57,235 nucleotides of DNA from Salinivirgaceae bacterium (GTDB lineage: Bacteria > Bacteroidota > Bacteroidia > Bacteroidales > Salinivirgaceae): contig PKTE01000057.1 in NCBI GenBank assembly GCA_002869335.1, forward strand, positions 1 to 57,235, in the 5' to 3' direction. The translations under genes were made by a program, and so were the position numbers. Below, one piece after another: positions 1-9,051 of the stretch (position 1 is the first letter of the stretch; every line of letters begins with the position of its first letter). Below the pieces are notes generated by a model. The model was not told the DNA's origin and did not search any database. It saw only the letters and a list, made by a program, of their open reading frames with translations.

Positions 1-99
1 TAAACCATTAAGATATTAAGAATAGTTAAGCTGTTTAATCAAAGTTCTTAATAAATCTTAACTTTTTATGCTGAGCTTGTCGAAGTACTTTATGGTTTA
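1..99. repeat. Imperfect palindromic AT-rich element with a nested REP-like unit (tgctgagcttgtcgaagta, 69-87)
   Basis: taaaccat (1-8) is the reverse complement of atggttta (92-99). ttaag motifs on the left are mirrored by cttaa on the right. The nested unit is flanked by a tttatg direct repeat (65-70, 89-94). Confidence 0.55.
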
Positions 100-135
100 A
101 AATCTTACTTTTCATTACCTTTGTTCAAAAACACT

Positions 136-711
136 ATGCAACCCACACGTGAACAAGCCTTCGAGCTTTTACAAAAATACAATCAAACACCTGGCCTTAT
201 AAAACATGCATTAGCCGTTGAAGCTACCATGCGGCATTTTGCAAGGCATTTTAATGAGGACGAAGAAAAATGGGGTGTCATTGGCCTTATTCACGACCTC
301 GACTATGAGAAATATCCCGAGCAGCACTGCACCATGACCAAACAAATTCTGGAGGAAAATAACTGGCCGGAAGAGTATATTCGTGCTGTATTAAGTCACG
401 CCTGGGGAACTTGCACAGATGTTAAGCCGGAAAATTTGCTGGAAAAGACACTCTACACCATAGATGAATTGACCGGTTTAGTAACTACTTCTGCATTGGT
501 ACGCCCTTCCAAAAGCATTCTCGACATGAAAGCCAAATCAGTAAAGAAAAAATGGAACGACAAACGTTTTGCAGCCAAAATAGATCGTTCTATTATCGAA
601 AGAGGTGCGGAAATACTGGAAATGGAATTGAGCGAGATTATTACGCTTACAATTGAGGGAATGGCCAAAATAGCTGAAGATCTGGAATTAGACGGACGCC
701 TTGCAACATAA
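136..711 (+). CDS. HD (HDIG)-domain metal-dependent phosphohydrolase
   Basis: KHALAVE...GLIHDLDYE...HC...DELTGL motifs. ATG at 136 preferred over the TTG at 121. Confidence 0.8.
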   Translation: MQPTREQAFELLQKYNQTPGLIKHALAVEATMRHFARHFNEDEEKWGVIGLIHDLDYEKYPEQHCTMTKQILEENNWPEEYIRAVLSHAWGTCTDVKPENLLEKTLYTIDELTGLVTTSALVRPSKSILDMKAKSVKKKWNDKRFAAKIDRSIIERGAEILEMELSEIITLTIEGMAKIAEDLELDGRLAT

Positions 712-727
712 TATCTTTTAAACCATT

Positions 728-784
728 ATGCTTCGACTCCGCTCAGCAACCATGCTTCGACTCTGCTCAGCAACCATGCTTCGA
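728..784 (+). repeat. Tandem 24-bp REP-like repeat (atgcttcgactccgctcagcaacc, about 2.4 copies)
   Basis: Units 728-751 and 752-775 differ at one base; partial unit 776-784. Located between convergent genes. Confidence 0.85.
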
Positions 785-842
785 ATACTGCCAGCATTCT
801 TACTTTGGATGGTCTTAAATTATAAATCCCAAAATATAATAC

Positions 843-1580
843 TTATTCGGAGTCGCGGTCACTGAGCGGAGTCGAAGTGACAAGATCACACACAACTACC
901 GACGCACAAAAACACCCAAACACATTGGGCATATAAGAAATAGTTCCCACATTACTGGCTTTATTTGTGCTCTCTTCTAACCTAATAGCTTCTTTACTTA
1001 CTTCTTCAGGGGAATAAACCGCTTTTACACCTTTTTTTACGCCCAACTTATGTAACCTTTTGCGCACCATTCGGGCTAATTGGCAATGATGCGTTTTACT
1101 AATATCAGCTATTGCCACCAATGTTGGATCTGTCTTACCTCCACTACCCATACTGCTAATAATTGGAATATTTTTTTGAAGACTGTGGTAAATCAAATAT
1201 ACCTTAGGAGCGAGAGTATCAATGGCGTCCACAACATAATCAAATCCTTGTTCCAATACATCAATCATACGCTGGTCGCGCAGGTATTCAGACAGAATAG
1301 TAAGTTCTAATTCCGGGTTAATATCTTTTAGTCTATTTCCGACTATTTCAGCTTTTGGTTTTCCAATGGTTGATGTCATAGCGGGCAACTGCCGATTAAT
1401 ATTTGTTACATCAATCACATCAGCATCCACAATGGTCATTTTCCCAACACCGGCGCGAGCAATTTGCTCCGCAGCAGATGCTCCAACTCCACCAAGTCCA
1501 ACTATTAAAACATGCGAACCTTTTAATTTTTGCAATCGCTCCTTCCCGAGCAGCAATTCCGTTCGATTAGTCCAACTCAT
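843..1580 (-). CDS. tcdA: tRNA threonylcarbamoyladenosine dehydratase (ThiF/E1-like family)
   Basis: VGLGGVG Rossmann motif, TNINRQ, VVDAID, SSMGSGGKTDP, GTISYMP. Confidence 0.9.
   Translation of the reverse strand: MSWTNRTELLLGKERLQKLKGSHVLIVGLGGVGASAAEQIARAGVGKMTIVDADVIDVTNINRQLPAMTSTIGKPKAEIVGNRLKDINPELELTILSEYLRDQRMIDVLEQGFDYVVDAIDTLAPKVYLIYHSLQKNIPIISSMGSGGKTDPTLVAIADISKTHHCQLARMVRKRLHKLGVKKGVKAVYSPEEVSKEAIRLEESTNKASNVGTISYMPNVFGCFCASVVVCDLVTSTPLSDRDSE
856..879 (-). repeat. REP-like unit (cacttcgactccgctcagtgaccg on the minus strand) inside the last codons of tcdA
   Basis: Shares the core cttcgactccgctcag with the 728-775 units, in inverted orientation. Confidence 0.8.
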
Positions 1581-2229
1581 TAAAACTTCGTTTAAATACT
1601 TTTTTAAAATTTGCCAAAACTGTTTCTGCTAATACTGATTCTTTAATCGCCTTGATATCAGCTATCAACTTATACAACTCTTCAATTTTCAAACTAGATT
1701 CATCCGTCTCTAAAAACATACGCTCAACAGGAATGCTTTCAAGCGTTTTTACCATTTTTTTATTTACTCTTAGGAGCATTTCTCCAAAGGAAAAATATAC
1801 ATCATGTATCAACAACTGAGCGGTTTGTTGCTCATTCCCATTATAACCATGAAAAATGTAGGTTAAATCATTATGCTTCTTAATCATAGGAAGCAAATCA
1901 CTAATGGCTTTTACCTGATGTACAACCACAGGGTAGTTTAATTCCCGTGCCAAATGCAATTGCCTTTCAAACATCTCTTTTTGAAAATCAAGATTCGGTC
2001 CTTTCAAGCGATCTAATCCACATTCACCAATCCCTATTAAATTAGCACTCTTAAAAGCTTTTACACTTTCTATGAATTGGTCTAAATCTATCTCATCGAC
2101 AAACCACGGATGTAAACCGGTTGTAAAATAATTTTCAGTAGGATATTGTCCATTCAAAAAATCTTGTGCAAGAATATTCTGAATAGCGTATTTCGAAAAG
2201 TTTACATGGGTGTGTACATCAATAAACAT
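1567..2229 (-). CDS. tatD: TatD family hydrolase/DNase
   Basis: IDVHTH, GLHPW, IGECGLD, FHG and FLETD motifs. Overlaps the tcdA start. Confidence 0.9.
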   Translation of the reverse strand: MFIDVHTHVNFSKYAIQNILAQDFLNGQYPTENYFTTGLHPWFVDEIDLDQFIESVKAFKSANLIGIGECGLDRLKGPNLDFQKEMFERQLHLARELNYPVVVHQVKAISDLLPMIKKHNDLTYIFHGYNGNEQQTAQLLIHDVYFSFGEMLLRVNKKMVKTLESIPVERMFLETDESSLKIEELYKLIADIKAIKESVLAETVLANFKKVFKRSFNELD

Positions 2230-2231
2230 GT

Positions 2232-3395
2232 TTAGTCTATTTGAAATGCCGCTAGCTTTTGAGCGGCTTCATCAATCACACTTTGAGGACGTGCAAAACA
2301 AAACCGTATTATTCCAAAATTTGTTTTACTATGCGAATAGGCTGACAATGGCACTCCGGCAACACCACATTCACGAATTAATTTTAATGCCACATCTTTA
2401 TCAGACAAATTATCCTTATTTTCGTATGTTACAGGCTGAAATATGCCCGATTTCACCTTTAAAGGAGTGAAGGGTGTGTTTTGTAACAAACCCGCAAAAT
2501 AGTCCCTTCTTTGAGCAAATTCGTTTGTGATTGCATCAATATCAATTCCTGTTCCCAGATAATCTGCCAAAGCAAATTGTGCTGGCGTATTAACATTAAA
2601 AGCGATATATTGATGTAGTTTGCGGAATTCGTGCATCAAATCTTCAGGTGCCATACAGTATCCAACTCTCCATCCGGTTATTTGAAAAATTTTACCAAAA
2701 CTCCCAACAATAAAACTACGCTCAGCCAGTGCCTTATATTTAGCTACGCTATGGTGCTCATATCCATCGTAAACTAAAGATTGTAAACTTTCATCTGATA
2801 ATATCATAATATCAGTACCATTTACTATGCGCTGCAATTCATCAAAATCATGAGCTTTAAGAATTGATCCCGTTGGATTATGGGGGTTATTCAGAATAAT
2901 CATCCTCGTTTTAGGAGTAATCAATTTTTGAACTTTCTCCCAATCGATAGTAAATGTTGGTTGCTCAAGCTTAATATAAATAGGTTTTCCCTGGTTTATT
3001 TCAATAGTAGGAGCAAACAAATCATATGATGGTTCAAATATTAATACCTCATCATTTTCACGAATCAGTGTTGACAATACGGTATAAATAGCCTGCGATG
3101 CCCCGGCGGTAATGGTTACCTCATGCTTGGGATCATAAGTGGTTCCGTACCTACGACCAATAATTTCTGAAATATGTCTTCTAAGATTGGCGTGTCCGTT
3201 AATCGATATATAATTATTCCGCTCTTCTTCAACATGCTTTTTAAGAAAACCTGTAAGCACATCATTTTGCTTGAAGTTTGGAAAACCTCTTGACAAATCA
3301 ATAGCTCTATATTCATTGAACAATTGTGAAACCTCTGAAAAAATCATGGTTCCATAATCGGCAATTTTCCCTCTAACTGAGTGATTAAATTTCAT
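2232..3395 (-). CDS. PLP-dependent class I/II aminotransferase (YbdL/methionine aminotransferase-like)
   Basis: GFP, TAGASQA, NNPHNPTG, SDE, SFGK(PLP lysine)...TGWRVGY, IRFCFA. Confidence 0.85.
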   Translation of the reverse strand: MKFNHSVRGKIADYGTMIFSEVSQLFNEYRAIDLSRGFPNFKQNDVLTGFLKKHVEEERNNYISINGHANLRRHISEIIGRRYGTTYDPKHEVTITAGASQAIYTVLSTLIRENDEVLIFEPSYDLFAPTIEINQGKPIYIKLEQPTFTIDWEKVQKLITPKTRMIILNNPHNPTGSILKAHDFDELQRIVNGTDIMILSDESLQSLVYDGYEHHSVAKYKALAERSFIVGSFGKIFQITGWRVGYCMAPEDLMHEFRKLHQYIAFNVNTPAQFALADYLGTGIDIDAITNEFAQRRDYFAGLLQNTPFTPLKVKSGIFQPVTYENKDNLSDKDVALKLIRECGVAGVPLSAYSHSKTNFGIIRFCFARPQSVIDEAAQKLAAFQID

Positions 3396-3495
3396 TTACG
3401 AATGATTTTATTAAAAATCCAACTTCACATTTCATCTAAACTGTTTGGATTTCATTACTTGTTTAACGAAATACAATGCGAAAATACATAAACAT

Positions 3496-4206
3496 TTAAT
3501 TACTAAAAATTTGTTTTAGCACTGCATAAGTTTTTAGCTCGCCAACATTCAATTGAACTCTATAGAAATCAATTAGATGTGCAAGTAATTCTTTTTGCGT
3601 ATCCTTTTTTAGTTGTAAACTATTAAATTGAGATAATGGGATAGAAACCAGCATATCAAACTGATCGCTTAGTTCATCCGGAATTGTATCATGCATTATT
3701 TTCGACACGTATGTACCTTCTGAGGGAGAGAAAAATGTGTTTTCTGGTCCTCTTCTGCCCGGAAAAACACCTAAAAAACGTGTTAAATGAACCAAAAACA
3801 CCAAATGAAAATATTGCGCATTCTCATCTACCTCATCAAATAGATGAATAGCATTGGATAAAAACAAAAACAAATCTTTATCTGGCTCATTCTCAGGAAC
3901 AACCTTGCTCAATACTTCACTAATAAACTGTGCTATTGTATTTTTTGTGATAGAAAATGGTATAGATCGATATGGCTGCGCAAAACGCAACTGAGAAATT
4001 CGCTGAACACTTTTCCTATCAGTGAAGGTCATTTCAAAATTCAAATGAAAAAGTGGTTGGAAAAAGTTTGAACTGCCCTTTTTACGACTTCTATTTACAA
4101 TGGTTGAGATACGACCATACTCTTTTGTAAACAAATGTACAATCAACTGGCTATCACTATATTTAATAGCACGAATTACAATTCCTTCAACAGATGTTGG
4201 ACTCAT
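3496..4206 (-). CDS. recO: DNA repair protein RecO
   Basis: N-terminal OB-fold GIVIRAIKYSDSQLIVHLFTKEYGR, FQPLFHL, C-terminal LKTYAVLKQIF. Adjacent to porZ as in other Bacteroidota. Confidence 0.9.
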   Translation of the reverse strand: MSPTSVEGIVIRAIKYSDSQLIVHLFTKEYGRISTIVNRSRKKGSSNFFQPLFHLNFEMTFTDRKSVQRISQLRFAQPYRSIPFSITKNTIAQFISEVLSKVVPENEPDKDLFLFLSNAIHLFDEVDENAQYFHLVFLVHLTRFLGVFPGRRGPENTFFSPSEGTYVSKIMHDTIPDELSDQFDMLVSIPLSQFNSLQLKKDTQKELLAHLIDFYRVQLNVGELKTYAVLKQIFSN

Positions 4207-6509
4207 GGACTAACTACAAAAACTTTACCTGATGCTGTTTGGGATCCATCAGCAGATGATGCGTAAAACAAATAAACCCCAGTACTTACTCTTGCATTAT
4301 AAAAATCACGCATATTCCAATATGCTGTGCCACCAGTGGCTGTGGTTTCAAATACAATTTGTCCGCCCACATCAGTAATTTTAAGCTTCATTTCATCTTG
4401 CAGACCTTCTATCCGAACGAGATCATTATAATTTTCATACACCGGATTGGGATAGATTTTAAGCTCATCAACTGAACTGGCACTTTCTTTAACTCCCGTA
4501 TAATAACCAAGTAATCCTTCATCCGTTCCAATGTATACAATTCCATTTACCTGATCAACTTCAATATCACGGATGAAATTAGTTGGCAAAGGACTATTGC
4601 TCGTATTTAAATTAAAAATTTGCTCTGTTCCATCTTCAGATATTAAAAAAGCACCTCCGGTTTCTGTACCAATCCATTTGCGGTTGCCCCCATCAATAGC
4701 GATACTGGAAACTCTCTCATTTTCCAACAAATACTGCGCAATGCCACCCTGCTCCACAATAATTTTTGAAGCTGTAATGTCATTATCCAAAGCAGATGAA
4801 GCATTATAATACACAGCTAGTCCACCTTCATCCATTCCAAACCACACATAACCGTCATGATCAACTGCCATAGCAGTTACCACGGTAGTTAAACCGCTAC
4901 CATCACTACTTTTCACAGAAAACCGATTATAGGCATTGGTTATTTGACCAGCCTTTAGCATCTCAGGATCAAATACTACAATTCCAGAGCCCTCTTCAAC
5001 ACACCACATATGCCCCCATGGCATTTTTTCCAGTTCACGAAGAGTGCTATTGGTAATTTCAGAATTTAAATCAAAAGACATCCACTCACCTGAACCATCA
5101 TAATAGTTAATAGGTTCAGGTACTCCTGATAATGTTACCCAGGCTCCCATATTATCATCAGCTTGCAAACCAGTTGTAATAATATACACATCGGGGTAAC
5201 CTGCTATATTTTGCAATGTGCTATTATCTGCATTATAAAAATCAGTCAATGTTGTATCCTCAAAAACAAGAAAACCATAACCGTATGATGTAGCATACAT
5301 TTTTGAATTGTTTCCTCTTTCAAATGCTATATAATTAATGTTTGGAATACTGCTGAGCGCACTATTTGTTTTACTATTTAAATTTATCCAATACCCATCA
5401 TAAATGTACATTCCGTATGCATTATACTTTGCTCCTGGAATACCCCCAGTAACATACGTTACTCCCTGATTGCTGGTTATTTGATTAATAGTGTTTGCAA
5501 ATGGCGAATTGGGTGAAAATGCCAGTTCTTCTTCATCGTATAACTTGATAATTCCACTAACCTTATCTGCAAAATAAACTACATCATTATATATAAAACC
5601 ATCATTAGGAACAATCCAATTATTATTATAACCAGTAAAATAGAGATCTTCCACAAATTGTTCATTATCATTTAAAAACCAAATACGGTATGAAGCTATC
5701 ATTGTAAAATAATCCCCTCGCTTATCCAACCTTGTTGATCTAAATTCATTGTTAGGAGCAAACTCTTCATACTGACCATTACTGTATATGTATATATGAT
5801 CACGGTCTGTTTCACTAGCAGCACAATAAATAGATGATCCTATCTTCTCCACAAAATTATATTCATAATCTGGCAGAATATCTACTGTAGACCAATTTTG
5901 GTAGTTATACAAATTTGTTCCTCTCTCTGGCGCCACAAAAATACCCTGGTCTGTTGCCACCCACACAGAATCAAATCCTATGGTAACATCCTTAACCACA
6001 ACCGACTGCTGACTTGTGCCCAAAAAATAAGTACTTTTAATCTCTTTTTGAGGAATATTAATCAATAAAAGTCCAAAATCACATGCGACATAGGCTGTGT
6101 CTCCAGAATAATGGATATTATTTACAACCTTTGAGGTTAATGAGCTATTTTGTTGAATATCAACTATGGTAAAAACATCATTGTCATATACAAAATCTAT
6201 TAAACCACTAGCATATCCAACCATCAAGAAATTGTAGGTTTCATTGTACTTTATTGCTGTAATATTTATATCTGAAAGTCCCTCTGCAGTAGTTTTTGTG
6301 GTATACTCACCACTTTCTATATCATACATAAAAACAGAAGAATGCGTAGCAGCATAAATCACACCACCTGACTCATCCATTAAGACCACATCTCTTTTCG
6401 AGAAATGTTCTATCCATTCACCAATATCGTATGTTTGCGCGTGAGATTGATTTAAAATACCAAATAAAACTATTCCAATAATAATTCTGAACATGTGGTT
6501 TAAATGCAT
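4203..6509 (-). CDS. porZ: T9SS anionic-LPS delivery protein PorZ (beta-propeller repeats plus C-terminal T9SS domain)
   Basis: Signal peptide, IGEWIEHFS, YLLENERVSSIAIDGGNRKWIGTETGG, NSPLP, IYPNPV...VSTGVYL C-terminal domain. Confidence 0.85.
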   Translation of the reverse strand: MHLNHMFRIIIGIVLFGILNQSHAQTYDIGEWIEHFSKRDVVLMDESGGVIYAATHSSVFMYDIESGEYTTKTTAEGLSDINITAIKYNETYNFLMVGYASGLIDFVYDNDVFTIVDIQQNSSLTSKVVNNIHYSGDTAYVACDFGLLLINIPQKEIKSTYFLGTSQQSVVVKDVTIGFDSVWVATDQGIFVAPERGTNLYNYQNWSTVDILPDYEYNFVEKIGSSIYCAASETDRDHIYIYSNGQYEEFAPNNEFRSTRLDKRGDYFTMIASYRIWFLNDNEQFVEDLYFTGYNNNWIVPNDGFIYNDVVYFADKVSGIIKLYDEEELAFSPNSPFANTINQITSNQGVTYVTGGIPGAKYNAYGMYIYDGYWINLNSKTNSALSSIPNINYIAFERGNNSKMYATSYGYGFLVFEDTTLTDFYNADNSTLQNIAGYPDVYIITTGLQADDNMGAWVTLSGVPEPINYYDGSGEWMSFDLNSEITNSTLRELEKMPWGHMWCVEEGSGIVVFDPEMLKAGQITNAYNRFSVKSSDGSGLTTVVTAMAVDHDGYVWFGMDEGGLAVYYNASSALDNDITASKIIVEQGGIAQYLLENERVSSIAIDGGNRKWIGTETGGAFLISEDGTEQIFNLNTSNSPLPTNFIRDIEVDQVNGIVYIGTDEGLLGYYTGVKESASSVDELKIYPNPVYENYNDLVRIEGLQDEMKLKITDVGGQIVFETTATGGTAYWNMRDFYNARVSTGVYLFYASSADGSQTASGKVFVVSP

Positions 6510-6587
6510 AAAGAACTGTTTAAAGATATACTTTACAATAACTAAAAAGCATTAAAAATATTTTGTAACTAAATAATAATAGAACAA

Positions 6588-7163
6588 TTATTTACTTCGT
6601 AAGTAGGCAACAAACTCCTGAAAAGCCCTACCCCGGTGGCTAATTTTATTTTTTATGTCCAAATCAATTTCCGCAAATGTTTTATCGTATCCATCAGGGA
6701 CAAATACTGGATCATATCCAAATCCTTCCTTACCGCGCTTCTCTCGAATGATTGTTCCATTTACGATACCTTCAAAAAAAAGCACCTCATCATTAATCAT
6801 ATAGCAAATAACCGTGCGAAATCTAGCCTTGCGATCTTCTTTATCTTCCATTTCCCGCAAAAGCTTTTCTAAGTTGGCTTTATCACTTTTAGGCTCACCA
6901 GCATATCTTGCCGAATGCACTCCAGGCCTACCCATTAAAGCATCAACCTCCAAACCAGTGTCATCGGCAAATACAGCCTTCCCTGTTTGATTAAATACAA
7001 ATGCAGCCTTCTCAAAAGCATTTGCTTTCAAGGTATCACCATTTTCTGGAATATCTGTATGAAAACCAATGTCTTCCAAATCAACAACTGAGACAATACT
7101 CTCAGTCATCTTTTTAATCTCTTTTGATTTATGTTGATTATGAGTAGCAAATATTAATTCCAT
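6588..7163 (-). CDS. rdgB: Non-canonical purine NTP pyrophosphatase (RdgB/HAM1)
   Basis: FATHNQHK, ADDTGLEVDAL, PGVHSARYAG, GFGYDPVF, KNKISHRGRA. Confidence 0.95.
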   Translation of the reverse strand: MELIFATHNQHKSKEIKKMTESIVSVVDLEDIGFHTDIPENGDTLKANAFEKAAFVFNQTGKAVFADDTGLEVDALMGRPGVHSARYAGEPKSDKANLEKLLREMEDKEDRKARFRTVICYMINDEVLFFEGIVNGTIIREKRGKEGFGYDPVFVPDGYDKTFAEIDLDIKNKISHRGRAFQEFVAYLRSK

Positions 7164-7167
7164 AATT

Positions 7168-8775
7168 TTATGTTTTATCTATTCTTCGGCTAGGTATGGG
7201 TTGCTCTTCCACACCCCAAACAAAGAACGTATAGAAAAAGGCAACCAGCAAAGCCCCGGCCTGCGTTTCAATTGTATCTTCATTCAACATAGAAAGCAGC
7301 ACAATTCCAAAAACAATTAACGCTGGAAAATTCAGTTCGCGCTTTCTTATTTTATAAATAATCGGGTAAAATAGTCCCCACAAAAATATAATAAACCCAA
7401 CAACACCAAAAGTGAGCATAATTGTAATATACTGATTGTGGGTCCGGAGACGCCATCTTTTCGACAGTACACTATGGGTTTCTTCATAATAATTATGAAA
7501 GGCATCTTTTACATCACCTGTGCCAATTCCAAAAACAGGAGCCGTTTTAAAGATATCTAACCCGGCATTCATATAATAAAACCTTTGCACTATTGAAAAG
7601 CCACTTGGGTTCGATCCTTTTTCATATCGATCTATTTCCCAAAATATTTTATACAGGCTGGCATACAAACTGAACTTTTTAGTATAGAGATAATTGGCAA
7701 ATCCATTTTCAATAGCCTTTATATCTTTTTTAGTAAGTTTTGATATCCCCACTGAATCTTTATTCAGGCCAATGGAAGTCATATATCTGATTAAAGTATG
7801 CTTTAGCAAATGTCCCCTATTATCTTTTCCATCATAATCCAAATCACTTACACTATTCCACTCTTTGCGAAGCTCTTTTGTACAAATATTTGCGTACACA
7901 AAATTGCCATTCTAGTAGTACTCTTTTTTAAGTTTATGGATATATTTATTGCCACTCTCAGTATATTTCAATAGCATATCTGAAGTGGGCTTCACTCGAT
8001 AGCTAAATTTTGCATAAGATTTAATAAAAAAGGAGGCCGCTATCATAAAAAAGCCAAGAATAAACATATAGCTTATAAACCGAAATACATAATGACGAAT
8101 TAACGACACATAATATAAAGCCATTATAAACATTCCTGTGCCTAACACAACAAATCCTGTCAATGATTTTAAAATAAAGAGAAAAACAATCAACCAAATC
8201 ACAACAGGTATTCCCCAATAAATAAAATATTTATCCCCCTTATGCCTAAAGACAAGCATGTATATCGAAACAAAAATTACAATGCATATATAAAGCGCAA
8301 AACGAATATGTGAAATAACTTTTGCAATTTTCCTTGTGGTGCCCAACTTGAACAATCCCTCTTCATAAAGCACAAACATGCTTCTGAAAGTAGCCAATAA
8401 AACTATAACGATAAAAAACTTAAACACAAAGCGCCATTGCTCTGTTGACAATGGTTTTGTGGTGGAAAAAATCAGTGGTAATAGTAGAAGGGGAATTTTT
8501 ATGCGGATATCTTTTGCTGCATAACCAAAGTTCTCTGTCCAAAGTAATCCGATAAAATGAAGGAGCATAATACCCAAAAAAGATAGCACTACTTTATTGG
8601 TAAATGCACTGCGAAGTTTAATTAGTATTTTAGGATCAACCGCCCAATTGAGAAAAATAACACCTAATCCGATGGTCATAAAAGACCTGGAAAAGAGCAT
8701 TCCAAAAAACAAAACAATGATTCCGAAAATATGGATATTCTCTCTGGAAATAAGTGGGCGTAAACTTCTATTCAT
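7168..8775 (-). pseudogene. O-antigen ligase family membrane protein interrupted by one in-frame TAG (7912-7914); about 535 codons if read through
   Basis: ORFs 7912..8802 and 7168..7899 are in the same frame (..TAC TAC TAG AAT GGC AAT TTT GTG..). Multiple TM helices, SHIRF, FGIGTGD, THNQY. ATG at 8775 follows a TAACTTTG box. The stop may be a sequence error. Confidence 0.75.
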
Positions 8776-8780
8776 GCATC

Positions 8781-8788
8781 CAAAGTTA
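8781..8788 (-). promoter_or_regulatory. Bacteroidota -7 promoter box TAACTTTG
   Basis: Matches TAnnTTTG just upstream of the ATG at 8775. Confidence 0.55.
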
Positions 8789-8832
8789 ATATTTTTAAGC
8801 AACGGGAAAACTACAGGCTACAAAGAGTTTGC

Positions 8833-9051
8833 TTATTTTATTACAATTGCATTTACAGGACATTTTTGGGCCATCTCTGCAAGAGCCATGTCATCCATAA
8901 ACGGATAAGTGCCCTTCTGTATTGTAGCATCAGGTTCATTTATTATAAAGGCCTTTCCATCAGACACATGCATGGTGAAAAAATCGGGAGCCAGGTCCAC
9001 ACAAATAGAGCAACCAATACACTTATCACGATGTAAAATTATCTTCTTCAT
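8833..9051 (-). CDS. Small single-cluster ferredoxin
   Basis: CIGCSIC...CPVNAI. ATGA overlap with the U32 gene. Confidence 0.85.
   Translation of the reverse strand: MKKIILHRDKCIGCSICVDLAPDFFTMHVSDGKAFIINEPDATIQKGTYPFMDDMALAEMAQKCPVNAIVIK

Noticed and set aside
728-784. Possible mini CRISPR array
   Set aside because: The units are directly adjacent with no unique spacers, and there are no cas genes.
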